Assembly: GCA_964016885.1 (NCBI GenBank)
Contig: OZ024741.1
Coordinates: 372,806,001 to 372,870,000 of the forward strand
Direction: 5' to 3'
Source of the DNA: Eledone cirrhosa
Taxonomy: Eukaryota
Length of the DNA: 64,000 nt
Shown: positions 22,590 to 34,885 of the stretch, in pieces
How positions within the stretch are numbered: position 1 is the first letter of the stretch
Layout of the letters: every line of letters begins with the position of its first letter
Position numbers and translations under genes: made by a program
The notes under the pieces: generated by a model
Told to the model about the DNA's origin: nothing
The model's input: the letters and a program-made list of their open reading frames with translations, nothing else
Databases searched by the model: none

Positions 22590-23370
22590 TGTCATGTCAC
22601 CATCATAACCACCTTACAGGGTGGACTGGGTGCTTTTTGTCATGTCACTAACATGATCAACTTACATGTGGACTGGGTGCTTTTTTTTGTGTCACCATCA
22701 TGATCACTTTACAGGGTGGACTGGGTACTTTTTCTTGTGTCACCATCATGATCACTTTACAGGGTGGACTGGGTACTTTTTCTTGTGTCCCCATCATGAT
22801 CACTTTACAGGGTGGACTGGGTACTTTTTCTTGTGTCCCCATCATGATCACTTTACAGGGTGGACTGGGTACTTTTTCTTGTGTCACCATCATGATCACT
22901 TTACAGGGTGGACTGGGTACTTTTTCTTGTGTCCCCATCATGATCACTTTACAGGGTGGACTGGGTACTTTTTCTTGTGTCCCCATCATGATCACTTTAC
23001 AGGGTGGACTGGGTACTTTTTCTTGTGTCACCATCATGATCACTTTACAGGGTGGACTGGGTACTTTTTCTTGTGTCACCATCATGATCACTTTACAGGG
23101 TGGACTGGGTACTTTTTCTTGTGTCACCATCATGATCACTTTACAGGGTGGACTGGGTACTTTTTCTTGTGTCACCATCATGATCACTTTACAGGGTGGA
23201 CTGGGTACTTTTTCTTGTGTCACCATCATGATCATCTTACAGTGTGGACTGAGTGCATTTTCTTGTGTCACTATTACAATCCCCTTACAGAGTGGACTAG
23301 GTGCTTTTTGTCGTGTCACTATCATGATCACCTTACAGGGTGGATTGGGTGCTTTCACTGTTGTGGCACC
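22590..23370. repeat. 48-bp minisatellite, about 12 near-identical central units plus degenerate edges
   Basis: Unit gtcaccatcatgatcactttacagggtggactgggtactttttcttgt. Explains the repetitive ORFs at 22657-23476. Confidence 0.95.
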
Positions 23371-23588
23371 GGATCAGCATACAATGATAATAGCATCAGA
23401 AAATCAAGTCAAATCAAGTGATTCTGATGCCAGCATTTCAGATTTTAAATTATCCACATGCCTCAATATATTGTAAGATATGAAAAGCAACATTTTTTTT
23501 TAATGAAACCTCCAATGTTACAAGGAACTAATAATCTTAATATGCTTGTACTAAAAAAAAAAATTAAATTAAAGGAAAAGGTCTTTAC

Positions 23589-23701
23589 TTTGCTTGATGC
23601 CATATCACTGACGGATCGGTGTGTCTGAATAGTTTCCAGTTGGTCCAAACACCAGTCAAGCTCTTCAAGAGTCTCCAACGCCAGTTTGTAGTAAGACTCA
23701 T
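23589..23701 (-). CDS. PDE4: PDE4/dunce cAMP phosphodiesterase, internal exon (UCR2 N-half): (D)[37 protein letters not shown]
   Basis: 113-bp exon. Acceptor ...tatttttag (ct at 23702-23703), donor AAA|gtaaag (ac at 23587-23588). Starts in phase 1, ends in phase 0. The peptide matches the PDE4 UCR2 motif [15 protein letters not shown]. Confidence 0.97.
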
Positions 23702-23735
23702 CTAAAAATAAAATATAAAATAATTATATAATTAA

Positions 23736-24178
23736 TATAAAGAATGATGTGCTCACACGTGGAGATGCTATAAAATAGTTTATAAAATAGGGTGAAGACT
23801 CTTTAATCCTTTAGTATTTAACCAGGTCATATCCAGCCAGAATTCTCTCATCTCTTTCTGTTGTAACCGGGCATAACCAGCCTCTCATACTTATGTTAAG
23901 GTATTGTTCTCAAAATAAATAATAACAAAATCTCATAAATTTGATATTATGAGAGATAAAGTGTTTACCATGAAAATACAATAGTATAGATATAGTGTAA
24001 TGTAAATGCTAAAGGGTTAAAGTTGGAAAAATAAGTTGCCATTGGCCACTATGAGGAATCAAACCCCTTATATCCTCACCTGCTGATGACAATTTCTTTT
24101 TCTATCTTTAAAGGGTCTTCACCCTATTTTATAAGATATTTTATAGCATCTCTGTGCATGAGTACATCATTATTTATA
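23736..24178. repeat. ~70-bp inverted repeat (23736-23806 / 24107-24178) with a piggyBac-type MITE inserted at TTAA (23807-24016)
   Basis: atgatgtgctcacacgtggagatgctataaaatagtttataaaatagggtgaagactctttaa versus ttaaagggtcttcaccctattttataagatattttatagcatctctgtgcatgagtacatcat. Confidence 0.88.
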
Positions 24179-24799
24179 CACAGTGTTTAAAAAAAAATCA
24201 TCAGATTTAATTTACAACTTTTACAAATGCTCAATATGTAAATAACTTTATCAAACATTTATAAAAGTTATAAAAAAAGAATAAAACTTTATATTCAGAC
24301 ACAGTGTACAAGTTACCACATAATTATATGGTCATTTGTTTTAAAAATATAGCCTTTTTTATAAACCCTGTATTAACTCCATCTTCTCGGTGCTTTGTGA
24401 GAGATTGGCTACATATACATGATGTTTATTTACTATGATGTTAATTAAATAATTCTTTCTAAATGAAAAGTAAATAGTAAAATATTGATTTCTAATTCAG
24501 GCACAAGGCCAGTAATTGGGGGAAGGAGAAAGTTAATTATTTTAACCCCAGTGCTTCACTGTTATTTTTTACCAAGCTTGGAAGAATTCACTGTTACTTT
24601 ATTTTACCAAGCTTGGAAGGATGAAAAACAATGTTGACCTCAGGATTTGAACTCAGAACATAGAAAGCCATAACTAGATACTGCAAAGTGTTTAGTCTGA
24701 TGCTCTACCAATACTGCCAACCAACCACTCTAAAATAATTCAGTAATAAAATAATTTTAGAGTATTAGGACAGGTTTTTATCCTGATAGTGATCTTCAT

Positions 24800-25125
24800 G
24801 TGAATTGTATAGGTAGTGAGTACCAAGGTTATGTGAAAGCTGGACAGAAACAAGTGAAGCATGCTCCACTTGAAGCATAAATAAGCCATGAGAAAAACTG
24901 GGCATAAGCAGAATAGAATACATGTAGGCTGCAACAGAGAGGATTGCACTGGTATGGACACATGATGGATATGAATGATGAAGTAGTGCCAATTGATCCT
25001 AGTGGAAGAGAGCTACAGTAGAGAGAGCTGGTTTCAAAATGTTGATCTGAGGAAATGAAAGCAATAAGTGGAGGGAGGCTACGTTGAATAAGATCTGTCC
25101 AACCCATACAAGCATGAAAAAGCGC
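24800..25125 (+). mobile_element. Old RTE 3' fragment
   Basis: Decayed ...ERGLHWYGHMM... coding trace and a tail resembling aacccatacaagcatg. Similar old fragments at 17880-18170, 33880-34840, 51870-52180 and 52880-53230. Confidence 0.7.
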
Positions 25126-25663
25126 TAGCCAATATCCCGAAGCCATATCTACTCCCACACTGAAGATTGACATATCATACTCATATGCCATATTAGACTT
25201 TGGTTTTAATATTTACTTGCCTGAAGTTACTTTTTCAGAAACTAAAGGGGAATAAAAATCCATTTGAACTAGATGAATTATCTCCCTTTAATCGTCAATC
25301 TGTTCATATTTACATCAAGACATTTGATAACAATTTCGATTCTTATCTCTCTTATCATAAAACATTAATTATCTGAGTTCAAATCCCGCCGAGGTTAACT
25401 TTGCCTTTCATCCTTACGGGATCGATAAAATAAAGTACCAATAATGCACTGGGTAATTTCTGGCCTTGTACCAAACGTAGAAACAATTAATTACCACATC
25501 AGCAGACTACAACATGTAGGATGACAGATTAATTAGTTTAACAGTATCCAGGCGTTCTGATATAATTGTTTCTAGTAATACGTACAAGGCCAGTAATTTG
25601 GGGGGAGGGGAAAGTCAACCATATCAACCCAGTAATTAACTGGTACTTAATTTTATTAATAAC

Positions 25664-25847
25664 TGTTTCTACTTTAGGCACAAGGCCAGCAATTATCCAG
25701 TGCATTACTGGTACTTTATTTTATCGACCCCGTAAGGATGAAAGGCAAAGTCAACCTCGGCGGGATTTGAACTCAGATCGTAAAGGGACGTAACTATGCT
25801 GGAAAGCATGGCGTCCGACCCTCTACCGATACTGCCAATCCACCGCC
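25664..25847 (-). mobile_element. Young full-length SINE family C copy with ~18-bp target-site duplication
   Basis: Flanked by cttaattttattaataac and cttcattttattaataac. CpG-rich, with intact A and B boxes. Confidence 0.9.
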
Positions 25848-26555
25848 CTTCATTTTATTAATAACATGGAGGTACATGGCATAATGGTAAGGGTGTTGGA
25901 CTTATATTCATAATGTCGTGGATTCGATTCCTGGAGTGTTCTTGAGAAAAATACTTCATTTCACAGACTTTAGACTTAAAATTATATTTTATCGACCCCA
26001 TAAGGATGAAAGGCAAAGCTAACCTCAGCAGGATTTGAACTCAGAATGTAAAGATACAAAACAAACGATGCAAAGCATTTTGTCAAAAATTTTAAGAATT
26101 CTACCAATCCATTGCTCTCCAGAGATCTTTATATAATAGTTTCTGATTTAGACACACGGTCAAGAATTAGTGGAGAGAGGAAAGCATTTTGCCCGACACT
26201 ACTGATTCTGCCAAACACCTGCCCTCAGGCACCATAACACTTAATAATATTATCAGTCTATATGGAGACATGTAGATATTATATGCAGATATCATTTGGA
26301 GGGGCTTGGGTCATTAAACGGGTGACAAGAGAAGGAAGAAAAATGTGTAAGTCATGAATGCCTGAGTAAAAGTGATATGAGACAAGCCAGTCCTGAGAAA
26401 AAGGGGCTACTGTAGTAGAGGGAGAAAAGTAGAGAGAGATGACATGGGGAGTGTTTGAGTAGGAGTTAACCTAAATTAGGCTTAAAATTTCTTTCAGAAA
26501 CCATATAGAAGTAGTAGCTATTCAGAATAATAGCGCCATACAATAAGAGTTTTAA

Positions 26556-27509
26556 CCCTTTCATTGTCACATTTTTAATGAAAGACTGCCAATAATTTTG
26601 AAAATAACAGAAAAAAAAAAAAAAAAATTTATTATGCTAGTGCTTGGAGCATAACTTAACTAAGGTTCTTACATAAATTACAATTGTTTCTACTTTTGGC
26701 GCAAGGTCAGCAATTATCCCAATGCATTACTGGTGCTTTATTTTATCGACCCCGTAAGGAAGAAAGGCAAAGTTAACCTCGGTGGGATTTGAGCTCAGAC
26801 CGTAAAGGGCCGTAACTTTATACTGCAAAGCATGGCGTCTGACTCTCTACCGTTACTGCCAATCAACCACCAATCATAGTTACATAAATTATAATGACAA
26901 CACTAAAATAAACAGGGTTGTATTATAAAACCAGAGAGCAGTTTCAGGCGATTTGGTATCAAAAGGGTTAATACAAATTTCTATAAACATAGATTGCTTA
27001 ACCCTTCTATTAACACAATTCTATTGAAACACATTGTCTGGGAGTTTCAGTTAATTTTTTTGATAATCAAGAATTTGTAGGGATTTAGTAAAATATCTTT
27101 GTCAATATCAAGGTAATGTTTGAAACATAACAACATTTTCTTACATAAAATTATGATGGAAAGTTTAAATTTAAATATAAACACTTTAAAACAAACAGTT
27201 TGGTATCATATTGTCAAGGGCTGTTTCAGGCGGTTTAGTATTAGAAGTCAGTGCTTATCCTGGTTTCCATGGTGTTAAGTGATTGGGAGTACAAGACTTC
27301 CCCTGGACAGGGCACCAGTCCACCACAAGGTTAAACTCCCAGCTATTGCTGGTACTCATCTTCAGCCTAGTATACTGAAGCAACATGAAATGAAGTGTTT
27401 TGCTCAAAAACACAACATACAACCAAGCCCAGGAATTGAACACATGACATTATGATCATAAGTTTGACACCCTTACTACTAGGCCACGTGCCTCTACAGA
27501 AGGGTTAAA
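26556..27509. mobile_element. Two piggyBac-type MITE family 2 copies (26556-26967, 27002-27505), each interrupted by a SINE
   Basis: TTAA|CCCTT...GGTATCAAAAGGG|TTAA ends, with internal atgaaagacactgcc/ataattttgaaaataat. More degenerate copies at ~16090-16400, 17097-17460, 28620-28845, 33240-33710, 55820-56074, 56595-56800 and 58980-59190. Confidence 0.75.
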
Positions 27510-27539
27510 CAAATAACTAAAATTAATGAACATCTAAAT

Positions 27540-27890
27540 ATATGTGGAGTTTTAAGTCATATCCTGGAAGTAACATGAGCAGCAATGTCATGTGAGCAGA
27601 AGGGGAAAAGGATAGGACCTTTTTCCTTATGGGGATTTGATGCAAATGGTCGTGTGTCTGTGAGCTCCTGTGAAACCTAGGATTTCTGGTCAGAAATCCC
27701 AGGACATTTTTTCCTCATGGGGATTTGATGCAAATGGTCATGTGTCTGTGAGCTTGTGTGAAGCCTGTGAGCTCAAATGAACTCACAGATACGTGATCTC
27801 TCACAACGAATCCCCACAAAGAAAGAGGTTCTCTCCTTTTCCCTTTATGCTCCTGTTACTTCAGGTACATGACCCATAAACTCACAATAT
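27540..27890. mobile_element. Degenerate fold-back (MITE-like) element with an internal tandem duplication
   Basis: 27540-27666 is roughly the reverse complement of 27778-27890. 27617-27680 is repeated at 27702-27766. Confidence 0.65.
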
Positions 27891-29921
27891 ACTAGCGGAT
27901 ACACTATTATTCCTTTACATCCCTTGAAAATATATATAAAACTATTCTCAATAATTTTTTTTACTGCTTATTTAAGGAGGGGAGAGCAGGTCCCATGATC
28001 CTTTTGAGGGCCTCAAAGACTGGTGGAAAAGAGGAGAGTATCCTCAAATCCAGTACCTGACCCAAATATAATGGAGTGGACTCTGCTAAAGGCACCCAAT
28101 GCTAGGTGATGGTGCTAAACCAGGTGGCAGATTAAATATAACACATTTGGCAATGTATGATATGGGAACCATTTAATGAATTTACTCTATCTTTCATCTT
28201 TTAGATCAGAACTATCCAGTATGACCACATCTTTGCAGCAATTGTTGTCAGGTCTTTACCATACACTCATGACCTGTATGGTAAAAAGGCACATCCTACG
28301 TGAGGTGCCTCTAATATGGCTATCATAAGATAGTCTAGCAGAACAAGTTGGATCTAGAGGAGTAAGCCTTGATAAAATCTTGCTTATCTCATAGAAAGCA
28401 GTAGCTCATGTGATGATCATCAGTTTAATGACTTCAGCATTGTGAACATCAGTGGCTTTGCAGATGATCGATTATTAATTTGACAATGGGTTGGCACATA
28501 TATTCTAGCCATTAGAAAAAACAGAAGGATGACTCAAGAAAAAGGTGACACATTATTTCTTCTAAACAACCGAATTGCTATCACATCTAACAACAACCAC
28601 TTTTATACAGATGATACCACCTTTCACTTTTCTGTAATCCTTCCATTACCATATTTCTTATGAAAGACACTACTAATGATTTAAAAATAATTTTGAAAAT
28701 AATCAAGAATTTGAAGGGGTTTAGTTATACAACTAATGTTCTTATCATATATCTAGTGTTTGGAGCATAACTTCACAAAATACTTACATTTATTTTGTAC
28801 CATAGAATTAAAACATGTCAAATGGTTTGGTGTGAAAAGAGTTAACCATCTGCACAAAATTTCATTCAAATGCAACCTAAATATCTAATTTTGAATTTGT
28901 TCAATCCTTCAAGGGTGACATGACAAGTTAGTTTCTTTCAACAGTACAAAGAAACAATTACTATCATCATCATTATTGATATCAGCTAGATATTGCCACC
29001 ATGATGCCTATAACTGACATAGCTAGACAGTCTTAGTTTGCTATGGAATAGCTGTTGGTATGTTTTGCATAAGCAGCTAGGACATATAGTTAGGCAGTCC
29101 CAGTTTACTATGAAATAATCATTGACATATGTTGCACAAGAGTCTAGGAAGAAGATATAACTCATTCATTTTCATCTTCCTTTCAATGTGTGCAGTCATT
29201 ATACATAGCAAGGAAACGACCCTGTGTAGAAATCTCTCTACATATGAACATCTAAAATCTTCAAAGTTGCTACAAATTCAAGCCCTCACAATCTTGTTGA
29301 TTTTTTATGGCAAAACTATCCTTCATTTTTTTCACAGATAGAAAATACTTCAGCTATAATTAGTTACTGACCCTCTTCAAAGCTCAAACATTGAAACAAA
29401 AGAACACAATTAAAATCTGGATTGGACTAACCATTAAACAAAGTAAGCTTAGGGCATCAAGGAAAGAGGCACTATTCTATTCAGTGTCATTTGTCAAAAG
29501 AATTCTTTTTTTCTGTAGATTTTATATATGTGGCATAAGTGGTGAATTGACAGTCATTAGAACATTGGATAGAATGCTTTGTGCTATTTATTCTGGCTTT
29601 CTGCTCTCTCAGTTCAAATCCTGCCAAGGTCAACTTTGCCTTTCATCCTTTCGAGGTAGAAAAAAAAAAGTACCAGTCTAGTACTGGGGTCATTTCTTCC
29701 TCTATATCTCTTTCTCACTTCCATTCTCTTACTCTTTAACCTTCTTTGGAAGAAATCTGCAGAGGTTTTGGCTCTGTCAGGCTTAAAATGCCCAAGAAAC
29801 ACTGTATGTCAATACATCAGGAGTTACATGACCATACCATATTATATATAATCTTTTAAGCTCTTAGAGCCACAAAAGGATTTAATCTTAGACTGACAAT
29901 GATGATAAAGATGAGGTTTAC

Positions 29922-30016
29922 CTTTATTTGTTGAAGTTTGAGTATTCTGAGCCTGAGATTGTTGGTAGTGTTCTCTCTGTGAACTATGTGGACCAGTTGA
30001 AGAACCTCTCCTGGTT
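29922..30016 (-). CDS. PDE4: Probable PDE4 linker region 1 (LR1) exon: (x)TRRGSSTGPHSSQREHYQQSQAQNTQTSTNK(+G)
   Basis: 95-bp open segment. Acceptor ttttatatcaattgcag, donor AAG|gtaaac. The final G plus AT of the 23701 exon makes GAT (Asp) in frame. The 2/1 phase pattern fits the short LR1 exon preceding UCR2 in PDE4 genes. The peptide itself is not conserved. Confidence 0.8.
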
Positions 30017-30560
30017 CTGCAATTGATATAAAAATATATATTAATTAATAACAAAAGAATTGCTTGACAACATGTTTTGTGGTAAATAAAAAAGAAAACT
30101 CATGAAAGCATTTAAATATAAGTTTGAAAGCAGAGGCAATGAAGAGGAGTTCCATACAGTTTAAATATTCAAGTCTCTGATATCCAAATGGCTAAATGAC
30201 AGCAGAAGGGTATCAAGGAGTCATGACCTGTATGTGGTCTGGTCCCCTTAGGGTGTAAGAAGTTAAGGGCCAAAACACTTGCTTGAAAGGGGTTTCTTCT
30301 CTGAAGATCTTCTGCTGTCCAACTCTCCGGAGAGTTTGTTACTGCCATGTTTTAAAATAAGAAAATACATAGGTGCAAACATGGGTGTGTGGTTAACAAG
30401 TCCATTGTTTAATCATGTAGTTTTGAGTTTAGTTATACTGTCTGGTACTATTGACAAGTATTTATTGCTATAGCTTTGGCTTAACAAATGTCTTAAAAGT
30501 TTTTTAAAAGACAGACGCTGTATGGAAACCTGTCATATATGTATGTGTATGTGTGTGTAT

Positions 30561-31581
30561 ATCATCATCATCATCATCACTGTTTTACGTCCGTTCTTCC
30601 ACGCTAGCATGGGTTAGATGGGTTGTCTTGTTGTGGGCAGTGTCCGGTCGGCTGACCTTGTCTTGTTCATACGGGGACTGATTTTGGCTTGATTTCTACA
30701 GCTGGATGCCCTTCCTAACACCAACCTCATTTACAGTGAGTGCTGGGTGCTTTTTTTCCGTGGCGCCTACACGTCCACTTTGCAGTGGGAGGGTGTGGGG
30801 GCATATTGTCTATATGCTTCAGCTTCGGCTTGTACCCGTGAGGGGTCGGGTCTTCTGTATTACTGCGTGACGCCAGAGGTCACGGTTGTGTGTCATCGCC
30901 TTTGAGAGGTGTAATTGGGTAAGGTCGGCTTTTATCACCTCATCCCAGGTCTTCTTGGGTTTCCTCACTTCACGGTTTCCATCGACTTCTAGTGCTCTGC
31001 ACCTTTTTATGCAGCTGTCATCCTTCATACGTATCACATGTCCATACCAACGCAACTGCCTCTCTTGCATACAGCATTTGATTCCTCTTATGCTCAGTCT
31101 CTCTCTCAATTCATTTATATATATATATGACTGTATGATGCCTGTGTGTGAAGTATGATGCTGCATGGTAGTGAAACATGGGCTGTGACTACAGAGGAAA
31201 TGGAGAGAAATGAAGCAACCATGCTTCGTTGGATGTGCAATGTAAGTGTGAGAGAAAGGAAAAGTTCGGACGAGTTGAGGGAGAAACTGGGTTTAAGAGG
31301 AATCCAGGGTGGTGTGCAGGAGAGAAGACTGCATTGGTATGGGCATGTGATGCGCATGGATGATGATTGTTGGATGAAGAAGTGCCAGGAAATGCCAGTG
31401 GAAGGAAGTCTCAGTAGACGTAGACCAAGAAAGACCTGGGCACAGGTTATGAGAGCTGCCCTCAAATCACAGACTTACAGAGGAGATGATGAAGGAACAC
31501 GATGATTTGAGAGATGGCATGCTGAGAAGGACCTATCCAACCTAGGCAAGCATGGATAAACGGATGTAAAAACGATGATGA
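30561..31581. mobile_element. Two RTE 3' fragments head-to-head around (TA)n: 30561-31117 (-) and 31130-31581 (+, different subfamily)
   Basis: The ORF track shows ERQLRWYGHV on minus and MLHGSETW..RRLHWYGHVMR on plus. Both end in (GAT)n tails. Confidence 0.9.
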
Positions 31582-31796
31582 TATAATAATTGTTTCTACT
31601 TTTGGCACAAGGCCAGCAATTATCCCAGTACATTACTGGTTCTTTATTTTATCGACCCCATAAGGATGAAAGGCAAAGTTAACCTCGGCGGGATTTGAAC
31701 TCAGAATGGCAAGGGCCATAACTCTGCTAGAAAGCATGGCGTCCGACCCTCTCCCGATACTGCCAATCCACCGCCATCACACATGATGATATAATA

Positions 31797-32270
31797 ATGG
31801 TTTATTTATTAGCAACACAGGACTTATATTTAGATTACAGGTACAGTGTAGGGTTTTTTGTGTGTGAGAAAAGTTTATAAAGAAGACTAAAAAATAAACA
31901 TTTAAACATAAAACAACAAATTCCCCCAAAGCTGGGATACATCCAAGGGTCACTCATGAAGAAAGCCGCCCCAAAAGCCATGGTAAACCTGACCGCTAGG
32001 ATAAGGTCCCTTTCTCAGTTGTCCTCCTCCAATTTACAGACATATACTCAGAGCATGCTCGCCTCTCTCACCCACCTTTCAACAAACTGGTTGGAAGGCA
32101 GCATTTCTATCTCTGCACTGATTTTTTCTCTTCAGGTGAAACCTGAACAAGTTAATTAGGACTTCATCAAAGATGAAAGTGCTCGTCTTCAACCCTTTCA
32201 TGTGCGTCCACCACACAACCTCTTTCATCATGGCCACCAGGCAGATCAAAACTGCCTATCTTTCATCTCT
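31797..32270 (-). mobile_element. 3' end of an L1/Tx1-clade LINE (ORF2 C-terminus relic)
   Basis: The minus strand reads LICLVAMMKEVVWWTHMKGL...LINLFRFHLKR...(frameshift)...FVERW, followed by a UTR and an AATAAATAAA tail. Resembles the K..IW..R/F...W end of Tx1-type ORF2. Confidence 0.6.
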
Positions 32271-32930
32271 AAAGTAATATAGCAGAATTAATGAAAATAA
32301 TCACATAGGAAAAGAAACAGTGTATATATTTACTGTAGATTGTGTTTAAAAAAAGCAAATGAAACATAATCACAGAAAGGTACATACAGGATGAAGGTAC
32401 ATGTCAAATCTCCTCATCTGACAGGTTAGGGTTAAGGTAAGAGGAGATTTGCAATAGCCTCTGGAGTGGGTGAGAGAAGTCTTCTCTTGTGAAAATGGGT
32501 ATAGCTTTCATTATGTAAAATCTCCCCATTTTGCCTCATTTTTCCATGTTTTGGGCATTTTTTTCATCGTCCTCCCAGTTTGGGTTTCTAGGGGATGGCC
32601 GGTCTGTTACTCTCTCTCTCTATACATAAATATCATCATTTCATTTTACGTCCGCTTTTTCCCTGCTTGCAAGGGTGGGATATATATATATACAAATTTT
32701 CCCTGGGCATTTGTTATATTCTATGTCCTGTTTCTGCATGTTTTGAAACCCTTTCATAATCGAATTTACAGTTACCACTGTGAAACAATGAATTCCTTCT
32801 ATTTATCATTGAATGTTGATCAGGCCGTTATAGATTGATCAACTTGTATTGCTGTTGGAGAACGATAATGTATTAAGTGATTTCGATTTTTCCTTTAGTT
32901 GTTTACATAGAGTAATTAACTGCGTGTGTT

Positions 32931-32980
<50 letters not shown>

Positions 32981-34846
32981 TTTGTATTCGTCATTCTATG
33001 TTCTAAATAAACTATCTGTGTGTGGTCAAGCATGTATTGAAGAAATCCTTAGATTGTTTACTTTTTCTGGCAATTTTGGGTTTAGCTTTGCATTGAGATT
33101 GAAGAATTTCTTAATTGATTTTTCATGTTAGTGGTGGTTGTGAAGGTGCATGGCTTAGTGGTTAGAGTGTTGAGCTCACAACTGGAAGGTTGTGAGTTCG
33201 AATCTTGGATTAGACAGTGCATTGTGTTGCTGAGCAAACGAATCAAGAATTTTGAATTTTGTAGTAATATAATTTATTTTGCATTAAGCTGGTGTTTGGA
33301 GGATAACTTTTACAAAAAACTATGATTGAAGATTTTTAGGTAAATATAAATACTTTAACTCTTTTGTTGCCATATTTCTAATGAAAGACACTGCCTATGA
33401 TTTTTAAATTATTTTGAAAACAATTAAGAATTTGGAAGGATTTAGCAATAAAACTTATTTTTGCATTCAGCTGGTGTTTGGAGAATAATATAAACACTTT
33501 AACACTTTTGTTACCATATTTCTAATGAAAGACACTACTTATGATTTTCAAATTATTTTGAGTTTGGAGGGATTTAGTAATATAATTAATAAGAAAGGTT
33601 CTTAGATAAAATTATGGTGGAAAGTTTTAATATAATAATGAGCACTTTAAAAGGAGCATTTTAAAATCATATAACCAGGGTAGTTTCAGGTAGTTTCAGG
33701 TGGGTTGATATTTGAAGTATCTTGAAAAATCTCCCCAACTATCTATTTCCCCATGCAAGTCCATATATCTATTATATAATATTAAAGTTGTAAACTTCAT
33801 TTCTAAAAACCACGTGAATTGGAGCACAATTACTTCCACCGTAATAATTTCTAAAAGATGTAATTATCCCCATAATCCTCCTCATCATCATTTTATGTTA
33901 ATTTTCCATGCTGGCATGTGGTGAAGAGGTTGTCACAGTCCAGGACTATATGAATTGAAGTGATCTAATCATGCTCATGCATTCCATATTTGACATGGTT
34001 TCTAAAGCTGGATACCCTTTCTAATGCTATACACGATACATCGTGTAGTGGGTGCATTTTATCCTTGTACCAACACTAGAGAGGTTATCATATACTCAGT
34101 GTACATGGTTGCATTATGGTGGGGGGTTATGTCTCTTCTCCTGCATTCTGCAACTGATGCCTCTGATGCCCAATTTTCTCTCAGCTCAATGATACTTTGT
34201 TGCTCATATATAATACTATTATACATCCATCAAAGCATGCTTGCCTTGTTTCTTTCCAATCTCCATAGATCCTCCATACACAAAACCTCTCTACCATGAA
34301 GCATAGCCTCTCTACCATGAAGCTGCCTATCACTCTGATAGAGAGACCCTTTGTAACCAGCAATGGTAGTAGTTCCCTGAACTTTTTCCAACCTGTCCTT
34401 CTCTGACTAATGTACTTTATGAACACCCACACCTCCTGCTAATTTGACTGCCTAGTAGCAGAAGCTGTTGACTATTTTTAGGGAGCCTTCTGAAAATTTG
34501 GTGGGGCTATCCAGTGTGCTCACGTTGCTTACTACTTCTGTGCATCAGCTAGATACAAAGCCTACATTCCTTGCTAGCCATCTTTTGTGCATACGATGCA
34601 ACTTCTGCCCACTCCTTTCCTCTATACTAAGCACGTTTTTTTCCTCAAGGAATCAGGACCTTGTTTTCTTTTTTACTTAAGAGGACTTTAATTTTACTAG
34701 GTTGACTCTGAGACCTTTTGATTTCAGATTTAGCGTCCAAATCTGGAATTTATTCTCTAATTCTGCTACAATTTCAGCTATGAGGACTAGATCATCAATA
34801 TAAAAGAGTTATCACAGGCAGCCAGTTTTAAACTCCTCTGTTATGA

Positions 34847-34885
<39 letters not shown>

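Noticed and set aside
22657-23476. Long repetitive ORFs (233-258 aa; CHHHDHFTGWTGYFFL and similar), also 41485-42010 and 10485-10670
   Set aside because: They are translations of a stop-free 48-bp minisatellite, open in several frames and on both strands. There is no gene context.
32405-32452. Small hairpin caaatctcctc...gaggagatttg enclosing ggttagggttaagg
   Set aside because: Too short to classify. Likely a fragment of a common non-autonomous element rather than a telomeric or regulatory feature.
32772-32808. Minus-strand mini-ORF MINRRNSLFHS followed by gtaact, downstream of a CT/CA microsatellite
   Set aside because: It is very short, has a weak start context, and its phase is incompatible with the adjacent LR1 exon. 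It is indistinguishable from chance.
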